DNA of 64,000 nucleotides, taken from positions 682,001-746,000 of the forward strand of contig JAQGDQ010000054.1 in the NCBI GenBank assembly GCA_030141605.1, given 5' to 3'. A program made the translations under genes and the position numbers. This stretch comes from Tubiluchus corallicola. Taxonomy: Eukaryota; Animalia; Priapulida. Position 1 is the stretch's first letter. Every line of letters begins with the position of its first letter. Under the pieces are notes generated by a model, which searched no databases, had not been told where the DNA came from, and saw nothing but the letters and a program-made list of their open reading frames with translations. Shown piece by piece: positions 25,650-36,734 of the stretch.

Positions 25650-26616
25650 CGCACAGGGAAAATGGCACAGGAACAAATAGGATGGTAAATAAGGCACAAA
25701 TGGAAAAGCAGGTAAAATAACACAGGAAAAAACGGCGCAATTGGAAAAGTAGGTAAAATGGCACAGGAAAAAATGCCACATTTGGAAAAGTAGGAAAAAC
25801 GCCACGTTTGTTATTTTGTTTCTATAATAAAACTAGAATGCTTTCAGTAGGAAGCAGAACTCTGCCAAGCCGATCAATCCTAAACTTATTTGTCTGATTC
25901 TTTTGATTAAAAAAATTAATAAACAAACAAGCAAACATACAAAAATATACCTGTATTTTTGACAAATAGACTAGCAAAAGACTCACAAAATACTTGTTCA
26001 TTAAATAGAATTATAACCAATAATGCACGAATGCGCTCCACATAGAGTTTATTTTATTTACATTTTGACCATTAGTTTTGGCGATGGAAATAGACTAACA
26101 AATATATGCGCATTTACATAGCAACTCAACTTATAAATTATACGTTCATAAGTAAGGTTATAGACAGCGTTAGGCAGTTTTAATTCACTAGCGAGAATTT
26201 GTTGAAATGGAACTGGAACTATCCCATAGTAATATTTGTTCTGGTGAAGATAGCAAAAATGAAGTACTAAATACTTCTTCTGAAACCTCTACGAAGTGCT
26301 TTACAAATATTTTTTATAGATGGTGTTTCGTCAAGTTCTGCGAAAAAAAAACGCGAGAGGAATCCCATTTTGGCACCCTATTTTCACAAAGTTTTCTTCA
26401 CAAAGTTTCTTGGAAATTTGTTAGGTAGGCTGTTATGGCTTACTGCCATGACAGACAAAAAACAATCAAACAAACAGACAAAGCAAACTGTGTTGAAGCA
26501 TAACTTCCTTGGCAGTGGTAAAAATTACTAGAAATTTAATCCCCACTGTAACCCTAGGTTCCTAATCATAAACACATATTCTACTAAGTGTGCCATTTTT
26601 TCCTACATTCAACATA
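25650..26616. mobile_element. MITE-like element with AAAATGGCACA subterminal repeats (Mutator-like?), interrupted by a HINE
   Basis: Several aaaatggcaca/ggaaaa repeats at 25657-25805 and the inverted copy tgtgccattttttcc at 26588; boundaries approximate. Confidence 0.45.
25831..26522 (-). mobile_element. Helentron-associated non-autonomous element (HINE/DINE-1-like)
   Basis: Minus strand starts TTACCACTGCCAAGGAAGTTATG, then a GTTT/GTCT simple repeat; ends CTTGGCAGAG...TGCTTCCTACTGAAAGCA (hairpin) TTCTAGTT. Subterminal IR + microsatellite + 3' stem-loop architecture. Confidence 0.6.
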
Positions 26617-26869
26617 TATTATATTTATTATTATGCGTTTGCAATTTATTTGATTTCTACTTCCCAGACATTGCTCTTCGGTAGTAATAATATCAGCACC
26701 GTCGGGAGAGGGATTTGTCATGGCAATTGTGGTCGTAGTCGTTGCTTCAGAAGATTACGGACTACCGCACTTAAGGAATGTGGCACAGAAAAATGGCAGC
26801 TTCCTTGATTTTTGTTCTTGTGTTAATATAAGTTATAACTTTATATAACATATTATTATTTCAGTAAAA

Positions 26870-29504
26870 ATGTTACCAAGTCTTGATGTTTGGGAACTTT
26901 TGATGGTTTTAGTCAGTGTTTTTGTTACGGTTGCTGGTACTGCTACATGTAATAATGAGGATTGTTGTTCTTGTTCATATTCCGACGGTAGTGGTATTGT
27001 CGATTTGAAAACTATCGGCCGAACAGACAAACGTCCTAAATTTTCTGGAAATTTAAGTAATGTCGTGTACGAGTTTAATCCGTGCTACCCATTTACGGAT
27101 GACAAGTCTAGTGGGAATTGTTCTGATGTTGCAGCTTGCAAAGTGGAGATACCTCAAGCAGGTGGACAAGGAGACCAGTATAGTAAATTAGCTGTTCAAG
27201 AAAATTGCAACTTCAATTACAGCAATGATCAACTGTCTTTAACCTATAATCAAGGTCAAAACCTTGCTTTTTTACGATACGTGATTGCCATGAGATTTTT
27301 TTAATGCAGTTAGTGCCTTGCACCGAGGGTCTAATGGCCCCCCAGATGAAATAAATTTTGAAGCTTTTCGAATCCTACGTATACAGTAGTGTACTACAAA
27401 TAAACAATAAAGTCTCTGTCACTTCCATTTAGTTTCATAATGATAAGGTTTTCTACAAAAATTAAAAAAGTCGCAAAGTTTTGTTTAAATTTTGGTTTTT
27501 ACAATTTTGCATTATCTGCTGTACAAAAATTAACACAATTACTGTACAAACAAACTCACTAATAGTTAAATTCTATCATATGCCATTGGTACACTCAAAT
27601 ACCTGACACTTTTGTTGCTACAGATATGCAAGTACACATCTACAGGTGCCGTATTACGGTACCATGAGTACTTATGACATAAATGTATAGTCACATTCAC
27701 TTACTGTACACTGCGTGTAGCTCCTACAAAAGCCTGACTTTCTAGTAGTATGCTAAGATATTTTTAATTTCTTTTGTTTTTGAGTGATGTCCCAGCTTTC
27801 AAACTCATCAAAATCTTATGAACATTGATTAATAATGCACTACTGCTATGGCTTCTGCTGCTGCTGCCTCTATTCATACTTGTACTCCAACATCTGTTAC
27901 TGCCACTACCACTACTTGTTCATGAAAGTGCCTGATTATTTCCATCAGATACCTGGGAATTACCTGCATTGTTTATTACCTGAGCTTACTATTTGAACCT
28001 GTTTCCAACAATGAAAATGCAGACATTAATTGTAGTATGATATTTATTTAAGTGCCACATTCTGCTGTGCACTTCGTACAGTAGGTGCCTGCTAGCAGAC
28101 TATTAACTGCTGCTTAGCACCAGCCAACTGCAAGTAGGGAGATGACAAATTGATTTTTTATCAAGAGGTTAATTATCCAAATGAAATTGCTTATTAAAAA
28201 CCTATTTCAGTCGATTAACAAAGATACAAACAAATGGATTGTTAAGTTTTACAACACAAAAAAGGATTATTATATTCCCTGATCTCTATGCTGTATTAGT
28301 AGTACCTAGGCAGCTACGGTGACGTAGCTAACTCATTGATAAAGCGTGCAATTAAGTCAGGCAGATAAAAATTCAGTCAAATGTTTGTGTGGTAAAGTGC
28401 TAACTTTTGCGACTCACAGCATGTTTGTTCAGGCTTTCAGCGTGTAATAAATCAATGCTTACGGTTAACATGTTTTTATTTGTGAATATAAATGGCTACA
28501 GTTTCTTCATTGTGACTGAATCTTAACAATCGGGTCCTGGGTATCCGACAGGTATAAGGAATAGTCTGATTTTTGCTACCCATTTAAACACTATTGATTA
28601 TGCACATGAAGTTGGTGAAAGTGCCTAATTATGTACATGAATGATATTCTTATAAGAGTGAACTAATGCTGTTATGTTTTTAGCTGTTTGAGAAAATGTC
28701 TGTTTAATGTATTTTGCATTCTGCCTTCAAAAACAGTTAATTCTTAATTAAACATTTTTTCTGTTATATTTCAGTTTCCCCATTAACAGTTAGGTTGCTT
28801 TGTTTTGAGAAGTCCGAATTCATTCCACTGTCATCAAGCTTATTCATTCTTTTAAGTCCATGTGCATGCAAGAATGGATGCGTGGTACCTGAAGCAAATC
28901 ATGGACTCAGCACAGGCTCTAAGCTATGCATCTCATTTTTTGTTTTATTGGCTTCTTATTTTATTGTAGGTAATAATGTATTTTAAGTTATAAGTCTAAC
29001 AATGCTGATGTTTTAATTATAGTGTCTCAGTAACACTATCTACTAACACTACATTTGTGAAAATTAAAATAATTTTTTTTAAATGAGAAAGTCTGAGCAT
29101 TTAAACGTAGTTGCTTACATGATGTAGCTTTTTTCAAGTGGTAGATTCTTAGTAAGTATAAACAAGTTCAGATTATTTAGTAATTCTCAACTGTATATCA
29201 TCGGCTTACATCTTAAATTTTGTCTTGTGCTAGTGTCAACTGATGTCATCATTAATTAGTGTACTAGATCTGCTTGCAGTGAAATCAATTTTAATATTTA
29301 ATTTGGTTGGTTTCAGGCTCTTTATATCTCAGAGCAACAAAGCAAGCCACTGGATTAGATCTTCTTCCTAATAGAGACTTCTGGACATCACTGCCTGGTC
29401 TTGTTCAAGATGGAGTTCTCTTTTTTGTGTCTCCATGCATTAGTACAGGAGGCGATCGACTATACCGACCCGTTGCACAAAGTTCTTCTTACCAAAGCAT
29501 TTGA
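26870..29504 (+). CDS. Mannose-6-phosphate receptor homology (CD-MPR / ATG27-like) type I membrane protein, ~255 aa
   Basis: Exons 26870-27254, 28775-28969, 29317-29504 (768 nt, both introns phase 1; the first donor gtcaaa is weak). Signal peptide, Cys-rich lumenal domain (GIVDL, YEFNPC, CSDVAAC, LSPCAC), GLSTGS then a TM helix, tail GLDLLPNRDFWTSLPGLVQDG typical of the M6PR/ATG27 family, C-terminal YQSI. An acceptor (ttcag ending 26864) just before the ATG implies an upstream non-coding exon. Confidence 0.85.
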
Positions 29505-31095
29505 GCTCAGTTTCCCAGGAAAATTGTTGAATTAAATTAAATAGCATCTCTGTTCACACAAACTCTAACTAACTGAGGCATGTACGATTTTCAGCTATAA
29601 ATTATGAGATTTTTCAGAACAGGGTAAATACTTTCATTATTCATTTAGATATTTTCAATGATATTGTTATATGTAAATAAGAATTCTTTGTACATAAAAT
29701 TGTAATTGAAGTAAGAGTGGCTCATTTTACAAGTAGCTAAGTAGTACTGCATTACTTCTATAACCGAACACATAACTTTATAATACTAATCTTGACTGAC
29801 GGAATTTCACAGTCGAGACAGAGTGAACCTATATTTTTTGACAATATGAAAGTAATGATACTTGGCATGCTTATCAAGCCAGAGGACATAAGAATCTTAT
29901 AGTTTACATTTAATTTACAAAAAAGAATGAAACCGAAAATGCACGCACATTTTTGTCTGCCATCTTTGACTATATGTGATTGTCTCATTTACTTTTCATG
30001 TGACATGGAACCGTTAAACTATCACTTATGATTCTTGAAGTACCAAGAACTGCATTAATAGTCAAATTCAATTTCCTGTTTTTAGCCATGCAGTCGAATG
30101 AGCACAATTTAGAAGAAAAAGCATTATTTTTCAACTTACGGTCGCTGAAATAGTTTGATAGCAAGGCTCCTCCAAATCCATTTTAGAGGATTGCACAATC
30201 TCCTCATAATTGTTCGCTCCCACCCATTACGTATTAATATTTATTTGATACTATACAGTTCAGGCACAATTAAGGGAAAGATCAGCAAATTTTGAAGCAT
30301 GTTTTGAAAAAAAGTTGTAGTAAGACTCTTTTTTATTTGAAAGTGTTGTTCGTAATTTGAATACTTTGTATCAATGGCCAATAAAGTGCCATAACACCAG
30401 AAACCATGATATAATGCACAGGCAGCTCAAAAATAATTATTAACTATTTGGCTGAAGAAAGGATTTGAACCAGAGACCTTGTGCTTACAAGGTGAGTGCC
30501 ATGCATGTCCAGTGATTATGACAGGCCTTTATTCGGTCCTTGTAGCTTGGATCTGTTCTGACTTTTTACATAATTTCTTTTTTTCCAGTAAGGTTGCTGA
30601 CTAAAAAAATTGTGAATGTATTCATTCCATTGTTGTTATGAAGCTCGTTTGTGAGGTAACATTTTTTTCACAACGCCTATGATTTTTGTGCACTACTACT
30701 CTTCTACTTTTTACAGAATGCATTAGCAGACATTCATAGAATTTTTTAACAAATGATGTGCTGTAAAAATGGCTGTGTGTGATAGTCAGTGTGGGGGTTT
30801 AACTTTTCAACCTTTTCAACACAGTGAGACAATGATAAGTGAGCTATAATATGCTGGAACTACTCTTAGTGATGCAGATTTATTGAAAACTTTTTGTATC
30901 ATGTAAATTAGGGAATAAATAAAATTTTGTATCAAATCAAATGAAACTAGGATGAAATGTCTTAATTTTGAAAAGGTTTGAATGAAGTCTTGGCATGTTT
31001 TTGCTCACAAAGCCACTTGAATTTTTCATAAACAGAATAGTTTAAATGTTATAGATATGAAAATTCACAGAAGACTGGATATATCCACGATTTGA

Positions 31096-31101
31096 TTTAT
31101 T
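31096..31101 (-). terminator. Candidate DGCR8 polyadenylation signal
   Basis: Minus-strand AATAAA ~0.9 kb past the stop, facing a plus-strand AATAAA at 30914 (possible end of the M6PR-like gene). Confidence 0.35.
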
Positions 31102-32016
31102 AAAATGAAGTCTATTAATTCTACGTAATGTATTAAAAGTTTAATCATATTAAAGACACAATCATTACAAATGACACAAATAACTGTTTTGCACAAACTG
31201 TTTGCCATATATATCAATCAAATTAAATTTAATAAATCTCAATCATAAAAGCTAAAGAACTTTTGCACATCTGAACTTAAGAATGCTTAAGACATTTTTG
31301 TGCATTTTATACAGTTTAACAAGCATATGCGCATACTTCAAGATGTCATAATTTCCAATAAAACTGTTGAGCATGTAAACATCATAGCTATCATATGAAT
31401 GGATTACTGAAGGCAATTACTGTGTCATAATTAATTAATGGGATTAGTTCCAATAAATAACGGTAAATAAATTAAATGTGGTAGAGCAATAAGTTACATA
31501 ATAGTGGGGAAAATGACTTGCTGCTTGGGGTACAGCATTAACATTCACTTTAAAAAACATACATTAATTAACAAGTGGCTCATTTTGCATTAAAAAATTA
31601 AAAGTTACGAATACTGATACATGGCACAGGTTATTTCAGCGGTACGAAACAAAAACATGGAAAATATTTAAATGCAGGAACACGAGCCTTACAATCTTAG
31701 CTTGTAAGATTAATAGTAGTTAATACATTGAGTAATAAATAAAATTACAAACATACATAACCTTAAATTGAAATAGTTAGTGATCCTGTATATAGTCACA
31801 GTGGTCATTATTAATTTTCGTTAACAAATTAATGTTGACTTACAAAATGCAAAACATAACTATTGAGAACCTTGCAAAAACTGCTCACTGGGACAATTAA
31901 TCCTTTAGTGCTTCATAACAATCTTTTCAATTTCTTCACAACTTCGTTTGCACTTTTTAACAATATGATTAATTGTATCACATTAAAAGCTTGTCTTTAG
32001 AATGTTAGAAATACAC

Positions 32017-34209
32017 TTATAAATCAACACTGTTTAGGTTATTGGAATTATCAACTTGTGGGGGAATTAATGTTTCTATACCTAATTTTCCTTTGTGCAT
32101 TGCATCTTTTTGCTCTGCAAGCCGCTCTAGTTCATCTTTTAGCTTCCGGAGAATCCCCATGTCTGGAGCTTTGGAAACAGTAGTCACATCTGGCCTTTGT
32201 TCTGTCATAGTTTTACCAGAGTTTATGCCATACAACCGCAGCAGCGATCCATAGTTGTCTATGTGTGAATGCAGCTTTTTCAGGAGCTTTTGAGCAGCTA
32301 ATTGCTTACCTTGTCGTTTATTCTTACAGACAACTGTGACAGTATGTTTGCCAACAGTCATTGTAAATTCATTCTTGCCATGACTCACTACGTTTACTTT
32401 GCAGTGTACTTGAGTGTCACCCATACCAAAGTTTCGCTTAAGACATTCCAGTAGCAGAGGGTACGGTGTAATGTAACCGGCTTTCATTGCCAGCTCAACC
32501 ACGCGCGGATCTTCTATTTTAACATCATAGAAATATGAAAGATTGGAATCTTCATCTTTTTTGTCAGCAGTAGACTTTTTTAGTTTTGGTAAGTCTGGAA
32601 TCAACACTTTTAGGGCAGTTTCAGCTGCATTTAATTTAGCTGCTTTCTTACTTACACCAACACCTTCACCATATGCAATGCCATTGATCTTAACCGTAGC
32701 TGAATATGGATTAATACCATTTTGTTTTGCTTCGAATACATATGTCGGATGAGTCTTGATGACATGTTGAACATACTCATGCAGAATACATACTGAGGTT
32801 TTTGTATCTGGATTGATAGTGAAAGATTTTCTTCTTGCATTGTCTGACTTATCATCTGACGGCACTGTGCAGGATATCAACTTAGTACCAGGTGGCAAAA
32901 TTGGTCTAGACTGTTTTCTCATCATTTCGTCATGTTTTCGTTTGCCCTTCCAACTCCTAAACCTCCGCACTGTTATTGTCCGAAATTCAAACAGTTTCTC
33001 GCAGTAAGACCTTAAAGTGTCGCCATCAACCGATTTTCCCTCTGTTGTTACTACTTTGGGTTTAATTTTTCCTGCTGATAATGGAATCTGACCATCTACA
33101 GAAGTATCTGACGTAGCTAAAGATGACTCATCAACAAGAGGAATTCCTTTACATTTTTCATCACTTTGCTCCTCAACACTAGTTTTATTTATGGCAGCAG
33201 TACTGTGCACTTTACTTTGACTATCCATTGTACTTGCATCATCGAAAGCAGTGATAACAGTCTCGTTGGTTCTCGTGTTACAATTCATATCTTCTGAGAG
33301 GTTTTTGCTGTTGTGTTTTTCTTTTTCGAGTTCCTTTTTGTATTGTAAGCAGGGTATTCCATTAAGTGGTATTTCATGGTATCTTACACTTGCTGGCCCT
33401 ATGAAATATGGACGACTCATAGTACAGACACGTGAAGCAGTATGCAAGTAAATGGGCATTCCACTACAATGATAGAGTTCCATCCATCCTTCTGGCAAAA
33501 TATCAAATGGACTTGACCCTTTTTCCTTAAGAACAATTTTGTTTTTCACTTCATGGTCTAGAATTGATTGCTCTGTTGCCTTTTGAACTTGTGCTGGGGC
33601 ATCATTAGTTGTTTTTAGTCCTTGTTCTAGCAGTGCCTCTATTTCTTCTTCATCTATAGAATCATCAGCATCTAATTCTTCTTTGTCATCTTCTCCTGCC
33701 TCGTCAAGTACATGAAACTCTTGTTGAAGAGAAGAACTGAGTTTAGTACCAGCAATTTTACTTTCATGGCCTCGTAGCCGTTTTCTCAGTGGCTCAGATA
33801 ATTCATCGTCCAAATCACTTCTTGCATCAGTTTTGTGTTGTTCTGGATTTTCTTCACAAGGCACTTTGACTAAATCATCATTAGAATCGTTAGACTTTGA
33901 TGATTCCGTATTTTCTGACCTTTTTTTGGATTGCACGTTTTGTGAACAGTTCACCATAATAGTTTCAGAATTTGAACTGCAAGCAATGTTTTCATCATTT
34001 TTGTAATAATAATAACAACTCGCACCATCTGACTCTTCCTTCGCCTCCCAGCCACCATTTTCAAAGTCTAGTGGAAATGTGAAATCACTAGACATTTGCT
34101 CTGGTAGGGGAGGAAGAGGAGATAGCAGTGGTTCAACGGAGAAGGGTGAAGACAGACTTCTTTCATCACCTTGAGCAGAACTAGTAGTTTCAGTGTCCTC
34201 TAAATTCAT
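32017..34209 (-). CDS. DGCR8: Microprocessor subunit DGCR8/Pasha, 730 aa, single coding exon
   Basis: First ATG at 34209 (the ORF track start at 34230 is a TTG). WW/Rhed domain LPEGW...HCSGMPIYLH...SRPYFIG...IPCLQY (heme-ligand Cys retained), dsRBD1 (VCILHEYVQH...YGEGVGVSKKAAKLNAAE), dsRBD2 (PYPLLLECLKRN...KNKRQGKQLAAQKLLKKLH), Drosha-binding helix PDMGILRKLKDELERL. Splice acceptor ttcttacag immediately upstream; exon starts at 34234. Confidence 0.97.
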   Translation of the reverse strand: MNLEDTETTSSAQGDERSLSSPFSVEPLLSPLPPLPEQMSSDFTFPLDFENGGWEAKEESDGASCYYYYKNDENIACSSNSETIMVNCSQNVQSKKRSENTESSKSNDSNDDLVKVPCEENPEQHKTDARSDLDDELSEPLRKRLRGHESKIAGTKLSSSLQQEFHVLDEAGEDDKEELDADDSIDEEEIEALLEQGLKTTNDAPAQVQKATEQSILDHEVKNKIVLKEKGSSPFDILPEGWMELYHCSGMPIYLHTASRVCTMSRPYFIGPASVRYHEIPLNGIPCLQYKKELEKEKHNSKNLSEDMNCNTRTNETVITAFDDASTMDSQSKVHSTAAINKTSVEEQSDEKCKGIPLVDESSLATSDTSVDGQIPLSAGKIKPKVVTTEGKSVDGDTLRSYCEKLFEFRTITVRRFRSWKGKRKHDEMMRKQSRPILPPGTKLISCTVPSDDKSDNARRKSFTINPDTKTSVCILHEYVQHVIKTHPTYVFEAKQNGINPYSATVKINGIAYGEGVGVSKKAAKLNAAETALKVLIPDLPKLKKSTADKKDEDSNLSYFYDVKIEDPRVVELAMKAGYITPYPLLLECLKRNFGMGDTQVHCKVNVVSHGKNEFTMTVGKHTVTVVCKNKRQGKQLAAQKLLKKLHSHIDNYGSLLRLYGINSGKTMTEQRPDVTTVSKAPDMGILRKLKDELERLAEQKDAMHKGKLGIETLIPPQVDNSNNLNSVDL
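34033..34118 (-). promoter_or_regulatory. pri-miRNA-like stem-loop inside the DGCR8 CDS (mir-1306 / hairpin-B-like)
   Basis: mRNA sense CUCUUCCUCCCCUACCAGAGCAAAUGUCUAGUG-[AUUUCACAUUUC]-CACUAGACUUUGAAAAUGGUGGCUGGGAGGCGAAGGAAGAG: perfect 8-bp apical stem, CAAA/UUUG, CUACCA/UGGUGG and CUCUUCCU/AGGAAGAG. Confidence 0.7.
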
Positions 34210-35075
34210 TTTTTCATTCCTAGATATCAAGCCACTGTAAGAATAAAATACATAATACGAATGAGATCATTTAAAACAACCGACAACAAAGTAGTTATTA
34301 CTTTTCACTAAGGTAGTTAAAAGTAGTTATGGAAAACATTAATTTATCACTTTACTTTTCAACAGGCAAATAAGTTTTTTACTTCAGAGTGCAGTTTAAA
34401 ATTCCTCTTTCTTCTCATTCAAGTATTTTAATTAACATGTATTTCTACCTAGATTGCTTCTCTTTTTTCTTTATTCAAAACTTTACTGCATTGCTTTTAT
34501 GTACTTTACTTTGATACACTACTAATATCCACTAATATCCCCAATACAAAAACTCCAAAAGGTAAACAAAAAATATACAACAAAATGAAGACAATGAGAA
34601 TCTGACTAAATGCTATAAATTTGTAGGTCTGTTAAAGAAACTATACAGTACATGAATAAATTATTGGACTGTATACATCTACTATAAAATATTAAGGAAC
34701 CTAAGAACAAGAAAGTACGGGAGGTTATTTCATGTAGCTTAGGCCTAAATAGGGTTATCATATCTACATGTGCCAAATGAGACTTTAACTGAGTTGCTTT
34801 GAATGTTATTTTTTCTTCATAAATACGGTAACGATAGTTGTAAAATTTGTCTTTCGTAACAAAAGAGGTTGTGCAGTTATAGACTTACTATAACCTTGCA
34901 TTGCATTGCATTTTATACACTGTGTATTGCATTGTATTTTTGAACATCTTTTAATGCAACAAGTATGTGAACATTATTTACTTAACCCAAAAATTGGAAG
35001 AATTGACTAGTAGAAAAGCAGTCTTTGAAATTTGTTAGCTGTTGCTAATGGAGTTTAGTGATAGGCAATGTGCAT

Positions 35076-36345
35076 TAGAGCGTGGCGAAAATAACATACA
35101 AAACTGTCACAGTTCTATGTGCGATAACTATTAATCATTGCAAACTACTGATGAAAATTGCTAGGTTAGTGGAGTGGATATACAGTAGGTGCCGCTTAAT
35201 AGACTCACTTTGGGATGGATGTGTTTTGACCCCATTAACCGACTGAACCTATTAACCGATGAGTGCAGTATTACAGGTACAGAGAATGAGTCATCAGGTT
35301 ACTATGCGCTGCAAATGTTTTTAATGAATTTTAGAAATGAAGTAATGCCTAAATTCCTTTGTGCAGTTAAAAATTAGAAAAAATATTTTAAAATATTAAT
35401 TTACATATGTGAATTAGCAATAAATTAAAAAGTATACTTTTCTAAATCACAGACCATTCTAAATCTGTTTATTTGCAAAAATTGCAAAATTTTTTAAAGC
35501 TGACTGCTTCATTTTCTCGCGAAGAAGTTGGCCCACAAAGTTTTCATCATTATAAAAACGTTGAAAATCTGTTGTTGTGCATGACTAAAACAGTTGTGAA
35601 TCATCTGCTCACTTACATTGCCCTTATTTGCTTTACGATGTTCACTCTTGTAAGTCACAAGGAATACCGGCCGATTACTGTACCTGTATCTCTGACTGTT
35701 AACTCATTAAGCCTAAAAGAATGATTTGCAACCAGAGCATCAAAAGGAAACCGCTAGACTAGTGATGTTTAAATATTTAGCTTCCAGAAATTCTTTAGGT
35801 AACAGTGGGTGAGTGGGTAACAAATTCAAAGCAAAACCACTATGTTAGCGTATTAGTGCATGATAAACATACCTGCTTACAAACAAAACGGTACTTAACA
35901 TGATTGTTTCTGCATAAATAGTGCACAAAAGGAAAGTAAAGATGATATGAAAGTAGGAAAGGCTCTTTTGGCACATACAAATATCTTATTTTAAGTAGGC
36001 GAAGGAAAAATATTGAGTCAATTATGCGGAGTCATTTGCGTCAATTACCAACAGTTTTTATGTATATTTGAATAGGAGCGGCCCTTTTCAGGCGTTTTTG
36101 AGTCAATTAAGCGATTGAGTCTATTAACCGCCAGTCCATTAAGCGGCGCTTACTGTATCAGTTTTTAAGATTTGTCAAATTACTACACGAATGACCATAA
36201 TTCCGAAATCTTAAGATGAGTAGAGACACGTGTTCCCAGAGCTTAATCTAGCTGAAAATTTACCCATGCTAGTATCTCATCAAACCTCCCAAGTAGGAAA
36301 AGTTGTAAAAAGATTGGATAAAAAAGTTATTTTCACCACACCCTA
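35076..36345. mobile_element. hAT non-autonomous element in a DGCR8 5'UTR intron
   Basis: TIRs TAGAGCGTGGCGAAAATAAC / TAGGGTGTGGTGAAAATAAC; perfect 8-bp TSD ATGTGCAT (35068-35075, 36346-36353). Confidence 0.9.
35183..36155. mobile_element. pogo/Tigger-type MITE nested in the hAT element
   Basis: TIRs CAGTAGGTGCCGCTTAATAGACT / CAGTAAGCGCCGCTTAATGGACT, TA on both flanks. Confidence 0.88.
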
Positions 36346-36734
36346 ATGTGCATGCTGAGCACGGCTAAATTGGCTAATCTAAGACTGTCATTGTAATTAC
36401 TGACTACTGACCAGGTGGCTAGTCATCTCTAAATTGATCAACAACCTGGATGTGCTAAGAGTACACCTGGCAAAACATCTTTGATAAATAACTTTCTAAG
36501 TTTGACATAACATGACTGTGCCAAATTTACACATTATAATGCTGGGCCAAGCATGTGACTGTTCAGTGATTTTGAGCCAATCACGCCATAAAAATTGCTG
36601 AATTTATAAGTTAACATAAGAATAAAATATATAGAACTGGCAGCAAAAGTTTTAAAATGTTCAGCATATTGTTACGATCAAATTATTTGCGTGCATCAAC
36701 CATATTTTGTTTAATTGTCTTCAAGATGAGATAC

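Noticed and set aside
30450-30500. tRNA-like B-box (ggatttgaacc); similar at 8105-8180, 11713 and 18730
   Set aside because: No cloverleaf can be folded; likely decayed SINE heads, not tRNA genes.
34210-34230. ORF-track N-terminal extension MISRNEK of DGCR8
   Set aside because: Starts at TTG just after a splice acceptor; the first in-frame ATG is 34209 and the candidate upstream exon has in-frame stops.
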